A stretch of 64,000 bases of DNA from positions 11,771 to 75,770 of the forward strand of contig DF237403.1 of the NCBI GenBank assembly GCA_000708835.1, given 5' to 3'. The translations under genes and the position numbers were made by a program. Of this stretch, positions 13,109 through 25,128 are shown one piece after another (position 1 is the stretch's first letter; every line of letters starts with the position of its first letter). The DNA is from Klebsormidium nitens. Its lineage: Eukaryota; Plantae; Klebsormidiophyceae. The notes under the pieces are model-generated. The model did not search any database. It was not told the DNA's origin and saw only the letters and a list, made by a program, of their open reading frames with translations.

Positions 13109-14697
13109 ATGGCGAGCGCTGCGGCAGGCCAGTCACCGGCGGAGAAGAAGGGGGCCAAGGCCGATGCAAACAACAATGAGATGATTGCAAAGGCTGCAGG
13201 CGTCGTCATTGCTGCAGGCATAGGCCTGACGCTTTTGAAAGCAGGTTAGGAATCTTACCAACAGAGCCTACTGGGAGTGGCGCTCGCTGCCACTTGTGCA
13301 GCATTCGCTTGGTGCCACATTCTCTTCCACGCAAGGCATGCAGGCAAAGAGCTCCACTTACATTCCGAGTGCATTGCAAGTGCTAATTTCCAAGTTTGAT
13401 TTTGCTGAACTGATTGGATGCTCTTCGTTCCCTTTACCATTCCAGGCCGCAAGAAGAAGGTGAACAATGAGGTCGTCATTGACACACCCGACATTGATGA
13501 CAGCAAGTCACAAGCAGCAGATCTGGCGTCGGAGGCTGAACACAAGACCAAAGGCTTCTTCGGCAGGGTGGAGAAGAAGGTGAACCATGCTGGCTCCCGG
13601 GCGGAAGATGGCGCCAAGCAGGGGCAGAGAGATGCAAAAGGTGCGCCGGCTTGATTGGTTGCCCCGGGTTCTGTTTGCAACTTCTAGCGCTCTCGACGTC
13701 GCAACTTCTACATCTTGAAAGTCCCTGGAGTAATGAATATCATTCCTGTAGCACTAGTTTAGGCTATATTTCGACTTTGTTACAAATCCAAGACGTTGCT
13801 CAATCACTCGGTCAATGTGGGGGCGGCCACAGTGTTGCCACGTAATGCACAGAAGCCATTCGCTCATCCAGTGTATGAATCGAATGGGAGCAAACAAAGC
13901 GACAGCTAAAAATGTGGGTCTATGCACATTTCACCTGCTCTCCCTTTTGCCGCAGCCAATGCTGACAAGGCCTCCCACGAGTTGAAGAAGGTGGGGCATG
14001 AGGTCAAGGAGTCAGCTGACAATGCTGCGAAGAAGACCGGTGGATTCTTCAGCAGGAAGTCCCATGAGGCAGCGGATCAAGTCAAGAGTGCTACTCCTAC
14101 TCTGAAGGTAAAAACTGGCGCATCTATGTCCCAGCAGATATTTCTGAGATGATCATCGGACAGTTCCCTGCACACTGCTGAGCAAGAGCTCGGTTGTAAT
14201 GCAATTGTCAGACTGCGCAAAATTAAAAAAGTATGGTTGGCAATTCACTGAAGTCTGTGAACAATCTGCCTGCATTGATTGTTTGCTCTCGATGGTATTT
14301 CATTGCCCCTTTGCTTTCACAGGCCAAAGGCACCAAGGCCAGATTGTACCCGCCCAACTTCTTATGCATTCTCCTTTCTGTGCTTTTAGACGCACACCAT
14401 CAGGCAAGGCGACACCCTCTGGGGGCTCAGCAGGGCGTATGGGGTAAGGAAATAAATATCATCAGTAGCATAGTTATGCGGCCTTGTCAACTATATGAAG
14501 CTGCTAGACTTTCTTGCTTTGCAAGTTGTTGAAGCTCTGCAGTATCATTGCAAAGAAGCCATGAGGGAAGATGACTATCTTTATTGACCTTTACCATCAT
14601 TCTGCAGGTTGCTGTGGAGGACATCAAGAAGGACAATTTCCTCGCGTCAAGCAACCTGGTTCCAGGTCAGACTCTGTCTATCCGAGTGAGGAAATAG
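13109..14697 (+). CDS. Single-TM protein with LEA-like low-complexity middle region and C-terminal LysM domain
   Basis: Exons 13109-13244, 13446-13640, 13956-14107, (possible micro-exon 14323-14337), 14390-14443, 14608-14697. Hydrophobic stretch AAGVVIAAGIGLTLLKAG followed by RKKK, then K/A/E/D-rich repeats (KTKGFFGR, KTGGFFSR), then THTIRQGDTLWGLSRAYGVAVEDIKKDNFLASSNLVPGQTLSIR, which fits the LysM consensus. Confidence 0.85.
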
Positions 14698-15642
14698 AGA
14701 GCTGCCAACTTTACTTTTTAGTTGCTCCCTCTGGAAATCTTAGAAAACCACGTAGCTTTGTCTGGTAGTACATGGAAGAATATTCTTGCAACTGCAGAGG
14801 CAATGAGGGAGGCTACCAATTAGCAAAGAGCAGGCAATTCAGAGCACTTAGCATGTGAACCTCTTAAGAAGTGAGCTACTGACTAAAAAGATCGTGCCTC
14901 ATTGTGTGAGGCGTGACTAGTATTGGCAATCTTACGCGCGTTTCGAGAGTGATTGGATGCAGAGTCAGTTTTGCAAGGGCCAACTAAATAGGTGCCGGAG
15001 CAGAATTTGCAAGCAACATTGGCAACGGCACTAAAGTGAGGTTCCAAGCAACATCGTGGGGCCTTGCGCTGGCAGTTTTTTGCCACCTTGAAGGCGTCCA
15101 CTTGCAAGTGGGTGTCACACGTTGAGTCATGGTACTAGACTCGATCACGAAAATTTGTCATACTGCAAATTTTAGTCTGATTCATGCATAGGGGAACGTG
15201 GTGACGGAAGTATGCACATGCATGCACAATGGTTCATGCGCACCCATAGACTGTGTAGATAGCGTTTTGAAACCGCTTGCCGCCCCATGACGGCCCGCTA
15301 TACGTAGAAAGAAATAAATAGATACCCGGGCGCGCACATTTGACGAGCTATGAATAACATATACGTCAATGCCGTGTCTAACGTACCACACGCCGATCCT
15401 AATGTGTATGCCAATATCCTTTAAACATAGTGTCGGATATGACCACGAAACGCGTCCATGTGCTATAGTTAGTCTGGCCTTTATGCATATGATTGCATGT
15501 TATTGGCAACCCGGCATGAACTGCATGCGTGAATACGGGGTCTTGGCAGTATGCAGTTTGACAGTCTAGCACTGAGCGAATGGGTTAGCTGCGGAGTTAA
15601 CTGCGTGTACCATTGAATCTGACAACGGCCAGACCTACTCGA

Positions 15643-18541
15643 TCAATCACTTGACTCTATGAAGCTGCACACAATCTGCTGCAAATCTTCCCTATGTCTT
15701 GAGTATCGGTGATCAGCCCCCTCGACAAGAACGAGCGCATGGTTTGCGATGACCTTATCAAAGGACCTGCCATCGTCTACGGGTATGGTTTCGTCCGCAG
15801 TTCCGTGCACGGTCAACACACGAACGTTTTTCTGAATCGTTCGAGCTGCTTTTTCTATGCTGATGCACAGTCGTTCTTCTAGACTCTTCTTGGTTACCCG
15901 GTAATTTACGGCACCTGCAACAAAGAGGACGGGTTGTGCTCGAGGTCGAACTGGAGCTTGTATTCATTGGCGATGGGCTCTGCACGAGCTATAGATTGCT
16001 CAGCACAGACATGACGAGCAAGTGAGTCTCCTACTCGATCGAGTATCTTCCGAAATCTCGTGAGACTCGCCAACGGACAGGTCTGCAGTAAGGCCGTGAT
16101 TGGGGCACAGATCATAGCGCCCTTTTGCTAGAGAGGTGCGCATTTCATTCGCAAGCCATACTCTATTTAAGAGGCAATCACCCCACCTCTCATCCTAAAC
16201 TGTGTTCGAGGGTCAAAGCAGACATGTCATTGGAAAGAGGATCCGCTTTGTGGTCTTGCGTGCTTCCACCATTTGGACCGCTACGTCCATATAACATTGA
16301 ATCCATCGACTCAACAAGTGGTGCCAGGCAGCATCGGATACCGATAACATGCAGAGATGTTTGTGATTCGCCTCCTATACTACGTGGAAGACACAAAGCC
16401 TTTTGACTGATCGCGCCTGATTGAAACAACGAGGGGGTTGCCGCAAAACCTGGCAAAGAAAGCCACCGGAAAGGGATGCTGATGGAAGGAAAAACTCACC
16501 CTGTGAATCCTTGACGTCCCAATAACCATGTTCCGCAATTGCTGCCAGGCCCTCTTTCCCGAACCGTTCTTCCACTCCTCGAGACAGGTCGAACCTTCCG
16601 GAAACATTCACGACAATTGGGACGTCCCCGTACTTGGCAGCATATAGAATGACGACGTCACCGCCTGAATAAGACAGTCATGCAGTAAGACTTTGCGAGT
16701 TGGACCATGTACAGACTTTGCGAGTTTTGTACCATGTACAGTCACACACACAGTCGAACTAGGACAGGTTAGTTGTCGCGAGAGTCTTGAATTTAGCTCA
16801 AGGTTGACACGTACTGCTGTACTGTACCCAAGTAATTGCTTGTGGAAGGCATCTTGTGAAGTGTGACTGTGCTTCATTCTAGAACGAAAACGAACTGGGG
16901 TAGGGACCTTGAGAAAGTAAAAGGAGGAAACGGAAAGGACGGCATCTTGACCTTGAATCTAGTCTGTGCAATCCTTTGTTTTTCCTTTGCATTCGACTTT
17001 TACAAACCAGAATCTGTCGCTCACTTTCAACAGGCCAGTCCAGAAGGAACTGACGTATATCATTTGCAGTGCTGTTTCTTTGTAATTCGTTGTGGGCAAA
17101 ACACAGGGAAACGGCAGTTTTCTTGATCTTTTCCTGATGCTTGTTGCAACTCGTGCAATTTTTACGTCTGAATCACCTTTGCTGTGGCCAAGGACGGCTT
17201 TGACAGACCGCTTCTTGACCCCACGTACGAATCCAACAACTGAGCGTAGATCTTCCACCTCCTTCCAGTAATTCCCAAACTCAAACTCGCCTCCACTTTC
17301 CCCGTTGCCACTGCAGTCAACACACCAGTTGGCTCTTAGTAACGTTCTCTACAGCACACTACTAAACAATACTATAAGCAGAAGGAAAGAGCAGGACATC
17401 TTCAGAGCCAAGCACATGTCACCGACAATGACAGAAATTCCATCTGACATTGTCATCAGGAAGGATGGTTCTTCAAAGTGTTTCAGCTTCACTTTGAATA
17501 GACTACGCGGTCTGCGCGGTAGGAAAGGTGCTGAGGATATAGCAGAAGGAGCAGGTTGAACATCATCATGGAGTAGAGTCCTTTGTGGACAAAGACTCTA
17601 GGGTGCTTTCTCCTGACTCTTTCAGGCTTGGATATGATGCCTTTGGATGCTTATTTAAGCTGCATAAGGCTGTCAAAGCAAATCTTAAAGTTCATCCCGC
17701 AGTCACAGATTCTCCTCACCTGAAGTCAAAGCGGAGGACCCCGAACCCCGCTTCCACGAGTCCAGGTACAATTGTCTGAAGGGTACTGCTTCGCTTAGAG
17801 GAGAGGAAGCCGTGGCAGAGAATGACCACATCTCCATCTGGGGGCCCTTCCAGCACTCCAGCCAGCTTCTCATCTTCCTTGTTTGCAATCTCGATCACCT
17901 CTGCATTCGTGCAAGCCAGATCGATCATCCTCAGGATAAATCTGTTCTCAAACTCAAGCTGAGAGCATCACCACAGCTTGCATGGAATCAGTTACATATC
18001 AGCAATTCTGGATCATCCAAGATGACAGGAGGGAAGCTGAAAACTTGCAATGGGATTGGGGGCCCCTCCCTTGCACTTCCTGTTTGGGACGACCGAACTC
18101 ACCCCAGCTGATATTCAACTTCCTGTGGTTCTACGATCAGAGACGGTGCATCTGCAGCTGGTGCTCAATCCACAAGACTATCCTTCAGCATTCAGGTCTT
18201 TGGTGAGTCAAAGCGCCTCCAGTCTGCTGACCTTGATTAATAGATGATGATTCCATTCCTGCAGATGCCTTTGACTGCAGTCCCTTCACATCAGTACTCT
18301 GTGACCTCCGCTTCCGCAGCTCAGCTTGCAAACCAACAAGAGATCGTCTCGGAACGTGACACCCGCGGACTCCCTTCGTTGAACAAAGCTCTCTCCAAAG
18401 TAAACAGATCTTGCCACTTCTTCCGCATACAATCTGAGCTCTACTAGATTGACCATTTGAAGGAACACAAGCTACATTTTGCAAGAGAGTGAAGCTGAGT
18501 GCTGAAGTACAAGCTGCGCTGCTCGCGTGAATCATGCTCAT
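15643..18541 (-). CDS. Alpha/beta-fold hydrolase (serine aminopeptidase S33-like, plant-type esterase) with N-terminal presequence
   Basis: Exons 18541-18232, 17900-17720, 17310-17177, 16664-16500, 15914-15643. Motifs VILCHGFLS, RFDFSGNGES, nucleophile GHSKGG, acid HGTADETIP and His EGADH. A second in-frame ATG (MESSS) lies at 18256. Confidence 0.9.
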
Positions 18542-19117
18542 CCAGCACTTCCTAGAACAGGACTAGGTAAGCAATTTGGAGCTGGCAAAGAGGACCTGCC
18601 TGTCGATTTGAGTGCCTGTCATGCAATCTGCTAGCTTGCATCTGCTGCCAGCTGTGTTCTGTGCACGACTTTTTTGATCTCGAATAAATTTGAAATTTGG
18701 AGAATAAAGACTCGACGGTCCTTTGGCACGGGCTGCCGGTTCTCAGTGAGATGGGCGAGAAACACCCGAGGATATTGACCGCCTCGAGAGACGTTTCTTG
18801 ATTGCACGGGAGCACTTCTGGGAGAATTTTGCAGCTCAACGACCGAGGAGACTCGAGAGTGTGGAGAAAGCTGACAAGCTGACAGTGAGAGTCAGATGCA
18901 AGGAGCAAGGTGCAAATTACTAGTAGTCAAATTGTTTTCCTGAGCGAAGAAGAGCACTGAGCAGCTTGTGAACAGCTTTCATTGTCAAGAGATCTCCGCA
19001 AGCCTGAGCATATTTGGCTATCAGCAGGTGCGCCAGCTTGAAGTCCTTCGAGCTGAGCCCATTGAGCCCCGTTTTGCTGGGCCCTTGCTTGGCAGATTAG
19101 GAAGGCGCTTTTGAGGA

Positions 19118-22100
19118 ATGGTTTCATTGGGCAGCTTCAAGCAGCAGAGCAATGCATTTCAGCACTTGCCACTGACTGGTGTTGCTGGCTCCTGTGTCAG
19201 AACGCTGCCAATTGTGAAGGTGCCCCCTTGTCAAAGAACACGTTATGAAAGCATCAGGCAGCAGTGTGTTATGCTCAATGCGAGAACCAGGTCCAAATTT
19301 GCTGGAACAGGGGGTGCATTGCAGAACCATCACAAGCAATGCCTCATGGAGCAAATCTCTGCACTGACGGCCCATGTGCCGACCAGTCCAAAAAGCCATG
19401 CACCTCTCAATACTAGCATCAGCACTCTGGTTGGCATCAACCCATTCACATGCCAAAGTTTCAGCAGGCGAGCTAGCGATAGATCTGCGAGGCCATCAAA
19501 ACTCCTGCTTGGTAGATGCTGTGATCCAAGAACCCAGCGAGGAAGCAATCTTCGCTGCATGATGGATGAACCCAAAACCCAGCCCAACGAAGAGCCCACG
19601 CCTTCTTTGGTCGCCCGCTTCTTCAGATTGTTTTCCAGGAAACAGCAGGCAGGCTCTCCATCTCAAGAAAGCAGCCTTAAAAGTGTGAGCACGGAAGGCC
19701 AATTTCAGAAGGATTGCTATCCATGTGTATGATTTGATTATCCAAAAAACAAATCAAAGTTTCTGTGTTGAGTGGATGTGTTTTCCCGCAGGAGAGACCA
19801 GAGCTGCTTGCGAGAAGGCACTGAGCTTGATCCTAACACATACTATTGAGAGAGTGGTCCTCTTTTGCTTGTTGTATCACTCTTTTAATGTTTGGCCAGT
19901 TTCTCTTTTTCTTGTGTATCACGGCACACAAGCTACACCAACTGCTTTGAAGGTGGACAGGACGCCAGTCCTTGCCGAATGATATGGCTTCAGAAAAACG
20001 TCTTCTTTTCAGGAAACTATTGCATTGGGGATGATACAAACACTACGATTGTATGCAGGAGCTTCGTGCTGGCCCTTTTGAGATCCACCTCCGAGACGTC
20101 AGCAGAGTGTATGGGAAGCGAGCTGTCGTGGATGGGGTCAACCTGAACGTGAAGCAGGGCGAAGTGGTGAGAGTTTCCTTTCTATTCCAGTAGATATGAA
20201 GGTCTGAGGGACTTGAAAGCTGGACTCTCTTCACAACCTTCATGATCACACTTGGAAGGTTTTCCGCTACGTTGCTGCTGATAGCTGATAGAGCCACGCC
20301 AGAAGATAAGACCTAGGACGGACTGAGGAGCCGTTGCCAGACTGCAAAAAGAAGGCCAAGCGACCTTTTCTCAATCGGGATCCCTCTGCCTTTGTTCTCT
20401 GCTATCACGCAGAGAACACTGGGGCCTGTGCTTGGTCCATTTTGGTCGATGTAGCCTTCTCCGTCTGGACCCAAAGTCCATCCGGATCGCGGATCCAGGT
20501 TCAAAGATTGGCTCTACAGGGTACTCCGAACACTTGGAAAGAGACTCGGACAGTTTTTGGAAGGCCCAATTCCGAACGGTACTCATATGGTCTGCTGACA
20601 ACTCTCAACAATCCTCCGAGCAACTCAAGACGATTTTCAGACGTCCTTTTCGAAGCAATTTGGTCGATATGACGGCGTCTCAGGACTATATCGATAATGC
20701 GGATACCCGTTCAGCAGAGCCTGTCTTCTGCCTTTTTTCAGGTCGGGCTGCTAGGTCCGAACGGCGCGGGCAAGAGCACCACGTTCAACATCACGGTGGG
20801 GCGGGAGCGCCCGTCTCAAGGCTGCGTGCTGCTGAATGGGCGGGACATCACCGCTCTGCCGCTGGCCGCACGAGCCAGGCTCGGAGTCGGCTACCTGACA
20901 CAGGTCCGTAATCTTGCCAGAGACCGTGACCGTGGTCGAATCGCCGTCGAATCGCTTTGCGTGATAAAGCATGGAGGGAGTAATTTTCGGAGGAAGTGAC
21001 TTCGTTCATCTACAACGTACAACTTTGCTCAAGAAAGTGTTATCGAATCTGTTCGAAGTGTCTCACACAAGACCGCAGAGGTTGTCTCTACAGGGGCCAC
21101 ATGGAGCCCCATGTGACGTTGTTTGATGTCGACTTCTCGAAGCTTTCATCGCGCCCCTTGAAAGTGGCCGCTGATCGCAGGCTGGGAGTGCTCTTCATGA
21201 TTGATCTCGAGTTTTCGATTTCTCGAGGCCTGTCGCGAAGTCCTCTGTACGAAGAATAGCGTGTCGGCAACTCGCTTTGAGAAAACCAATTAAGAACGAG
21301 CGAAATCTTTCAGTATAGGAAAACAATCATCGGGAGATATCTCGACCCCCCGAATCGTTCATAAAGCTAAGGGCTTGGGCTGTGTGGTTCAGCTCGTTGG
21401 CTTCTTTCATGCATGTTTCTTGTTGTTGTGCTTTTGAAGGCTCAGGCTTTCCGTTATCAGTCATGACTCATCCACCGTTGGCAGATGCTTTCCGCGCACT
21501 TTTAGCCGTTGGCATTCTAGCAGACGAGGATTCTGACTCTTGACAAGGCCCGCCCTACTTATGGGCAACTTTGTTGCCTCTCTGGAAACCTTCACGTTCT
21601 GCAATGAGGGCGCTTTTCACGGCCAACGATCCGTTATCACCCATTGCACTCCGGACCTTCCTTTTTAATCATCGCCGTTTGTCTTGCCTCTTTTTACTTT
21701 TCCATCCTCTTTGCGTGAGCCCAGTACGTCCACTCCTAGAAGCAAATTCATTACATCTTCCCTGTCGATCTTTACCAATTGTCAAATTTTCGTAGTTCTT
21801 CCATTTCCCCACATCACCTTGCCGGCCCGCTATGTGCTCTTCCGCTCTCGTGCCAGGCCCCTCCTTACTCAAAATCAACACTCCTTTTGCAGGAGCCCAG
21901 CGTGTTTCGGGGCCTCGTTTCGTCCCTGCTTGTCCAATTCATATACCAGCTTACACTGAATTCCGCCAATTAATCATTTCGTCTCTTCCCTCCCCCGGCG
22001 CCCATCGAAGTCAAAGGCTCCATGAGGCTCCTCGTCAGCCAAAAACGTCTATAGTTTCGCAGGAGCCCAGCGTGTTCCGGGGCCTCTCAGTGCGCGACAA

Positions 22101-24065
22101 CCTGCTGCTCATCCTCCAAGAGACGGGCGTCCCCCGAGCGGAACACGCGGGGCGGACCGAGGAGCTCCTAGCGGAATTCCGGCTGACGCACGTGCAGCAC
22201 ACGAAGGGGGCGGCTCTGTCGGGAGGAGAAAGACGGAGAACGGTAAGTCGACGTTCGTTCTCTTTCTTTGGTGTTTTCTGTTCCTGAAGCAGAAGGTTGG
22301 ACTGATTGATCTGAAACTGTCCAACTAGATGAACCAGTCCCTTCTGACGTAAAATGCGAAACGCCTCCAGGTTTTGTCCAGGATTCCCTTGTGGAGGGTG
22401 TCGCTTCAAACTTGCTGGATCGAGCTTAGCTTCTTGCGTTCTTTTGCAGGAGCTCGCGCGAGCGCTCGCGTCGAACTGCTCCGGAGGCCCGCCGAGGATT
22501 CTGCTAGTGGACGAGCCTTTCGCAGGGGTGAGCGACGGAACCGCTGCCAAAGTCAGGCGCTTATGGGCAAGGCCCTTAATCTGGTCAACCTTATAGCCTT
22601 ATAATCAAAACTCGTCATGTAAGGTTTCGTGATAGTCGTCTCAACGACGTTAGCGAGTTCCATAACATTCGAGTTTTCAACGTTAAGGAAAACACCCATG
22701 GTCCAATGGCAGCGGACGCTCCGAAAAAGCCAACACGCATCAGAGGTCTCGTCACCATTCGCTCTCGCGTCAGCCAACGTCTTGAAACGTCTTTAACCCT
22801 TTTCTGATCAACAAAAGCATACGCCCTTCCGAGTTCTTCTTGGGGTCTCTAAGGAATTGGATCGGTGCTTACTTCTGAAAAGTGAGTGTGATTAGATTGA
22901 GTGGGCGAGGGAGACGGAGCTGACGTTGTCCGGCGCTCTCTTTTGTGCTCAGGTGCACCTAAGGACCGACCAAAGGCAGGAATGACCCGTGCAGTAGTGC
23001 AGAAAGGGAAACCGTAGTGCAAGGGGAACCCTCATTTTGAGTGTTGATTTGTGACTCGTGAAGAAGCTCGTCCGTTGATAAATTCTTAATATCATTGACG
23101 GCTGATACTGCGTTTTGTGCAGTCTGAAGCGCGCGCTTGCGCGGGGCCAGCAAGATTTACTCAGATTCTGAATCACGACTTCTCATAATTGGACACGTGA
23201 TATCAAGCCTTTGGAAATTTTCTCGCATAGAAACCAGCTTGTCCTTTCTGCCTGCCAAGCAGTTACCACACGCTTTCGTCACTGAAAGAGCACTGCCACA
23301 TGTGCACTCAGACCCAGGGCCACATGTGCTTTGACGAATCACCTACGGCAAAGCCGTTGTACGTCCACGTAGCCGTTTGCGGGAAGGACGTTGAAGGTCA
23401 ATTGGAAACGTTTTCTCATGTATGCGACCTGTGCTCTCAGCCCCATTTCCGCCGTTCCGCCATTCCGCAGGTGGACCCGATCGGCGTGGCGGAAATCCAG
23501 GCCCTGCTGCGGAAGCTATGCGACGAGCTGCACATGGGCATCCTCATCACCGACCACAACGTGAGCTCTTTGTTGATACGTCATCCCGGCTGTTGATGAC
23601 GCCAGCAAGTCCTGACAGGAGTCCAAGAATGCTTTGCCTTGGCACCAAGCTGTGCCGCCGAAGTGGGCCGCTGACTTCCAATTCGCGTCTACGACGCGTC
23701 TCACCCCACCTCGTTCAATCTGACATCCTCCTCTTCCTCTTTAACTGAAGAGGTTTGAAAACGTTCAACCGAGACTCAGGTCTTCTTCGAGGGCGAAGTC
23801 GTTGGCTCAAAACTGACTTGAGTTGCTCGAAGAAGGAGGTGATTTCAAACCTGCTTTCTTGCCCGACCAGGTAACGGAGACGCTCAAGATCTGCGATCGT
23901 GCGTACATGGTGTTTCAGGGGCAGGTAATGGCGCAGGGGTCGCCGGAGGAGCTGGTCCGGAATCCCTTCGTCCGGCAATACTACCTTGGGGAAGGGTACA
24001 AGCGTCCGGAATCGCAAATGAGTGACGAGAGCTTCATTGGTTTGAAACAGCCGCCCACATCATAA
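19118..24065 (+). CDS. lptB: LptB-type (LPS export system) ABC transporter ATP-binding protein with long N-terminal presequence
   Basis: Exons 19118-19684, 20059-20166, 20742-20903, 22063-22242, 22450-22527, 23471-23560, 23871-24065, all phase 0. Walker [12 protein letters not shown]-loop [17 protein letters not shown], signature [16 protein letters not shown], Walker B DEPFAGVDP, switch [13 protein letters not shown] and C-terminal VRQYYLG, which together are the LptB motif set. The first ~150 aa are S/R/T/A-rich and acid-poor. Confidence 0.88.
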
Positions 24066-25128
24066 CTTGAAGCTACTGAAGAAGGATGACGTAGAGCACG
24101 CTTGCTTTCTTCTGTCCGTGAAGCGTCACGATTTGGAACGAAGCGGCGGAGATTGCTCATATTTCCACTAGTGCGATCGTAGTCAGAATTGCAGACATGC
24201 AGAAGGACGCGAGCCTGCCGACGCGCATGAGCCATCGCTACATGAGCCAGGCTCGTGTCGTGTTTGCTCCACCAGCTGTGCCGCGGATTGTGGAAGGACC
24301 GGCCTCACTATGACACGAGTGACCTCGGCCGTCTCTCTTCTTATGCGATCGCTCTATTCCGCATATGCCAAGAATACAATTTCAGCTTTGTTGTATCGAT
24401 CAAGTACGAAACATGTTCAATGAGCACGAGTATGTCGTTCTGACGACGATCTTAAAACGCACATGGCCGAATCAAGCGTTTCGACTCTTGAAATCAAAAC
24501 ATGTCCACATGTACTTGGAGCAACCGCTTTATCAGTGACCGCGCATACTAGAATCAATGAGTCTCCGGCTTTCAAAGACCTAGCCAGCCGCACAATAGTC
24601 AATGACCAGGGTATCCTCGGCGGTACGTGTCCTTAGCTGGCATGCCACATGATGCATGTGCCATGCCAGACGGCAGGCCTATATGCATATTCCATTGATA
24701 CAGGGGCAAGCGACATATGTACCGTCGCATCACGCATGCATCAAGAATCGATTTATGAACATGTGCTGCTAGGCGGCTGGACCTTATACACATGCACATG
24801 GCGCTATCAAAATATACGGACAGCAATTGGCCCTGGTCAATACTGGATTGAACAAAAGCAATTAAAATCAAAGAGCTAGTAGCTCTGGGCGGCCGCGGGC
24901 CCACGCAGCAACCTAAATTCGCATGCATGCACAAGATATCTTTGACATGGCGCGACAGCTGGTGGATGAACTCGACTGAGCACCTTTGATATAGTACTGG
25001 CTCTCAGGATCGCTTTCGACAGAAAGTTAGCAATAATAGCATAAAGTCAGGATATTGGAGTGAGACTCCCCCATGGCTTGTACAGGCCTTCGCGGAGGTG
25101 ATGACCAAGCACACCAAATCCATGAATA

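Noticed and set aside
15640-16460. Possible transposon-derived ORFs on the + strand
   Set aside because: The - strand encodes the last exon of the alpha/beta hydrolase (HGTADETIP, GADH), and the rest is intron.
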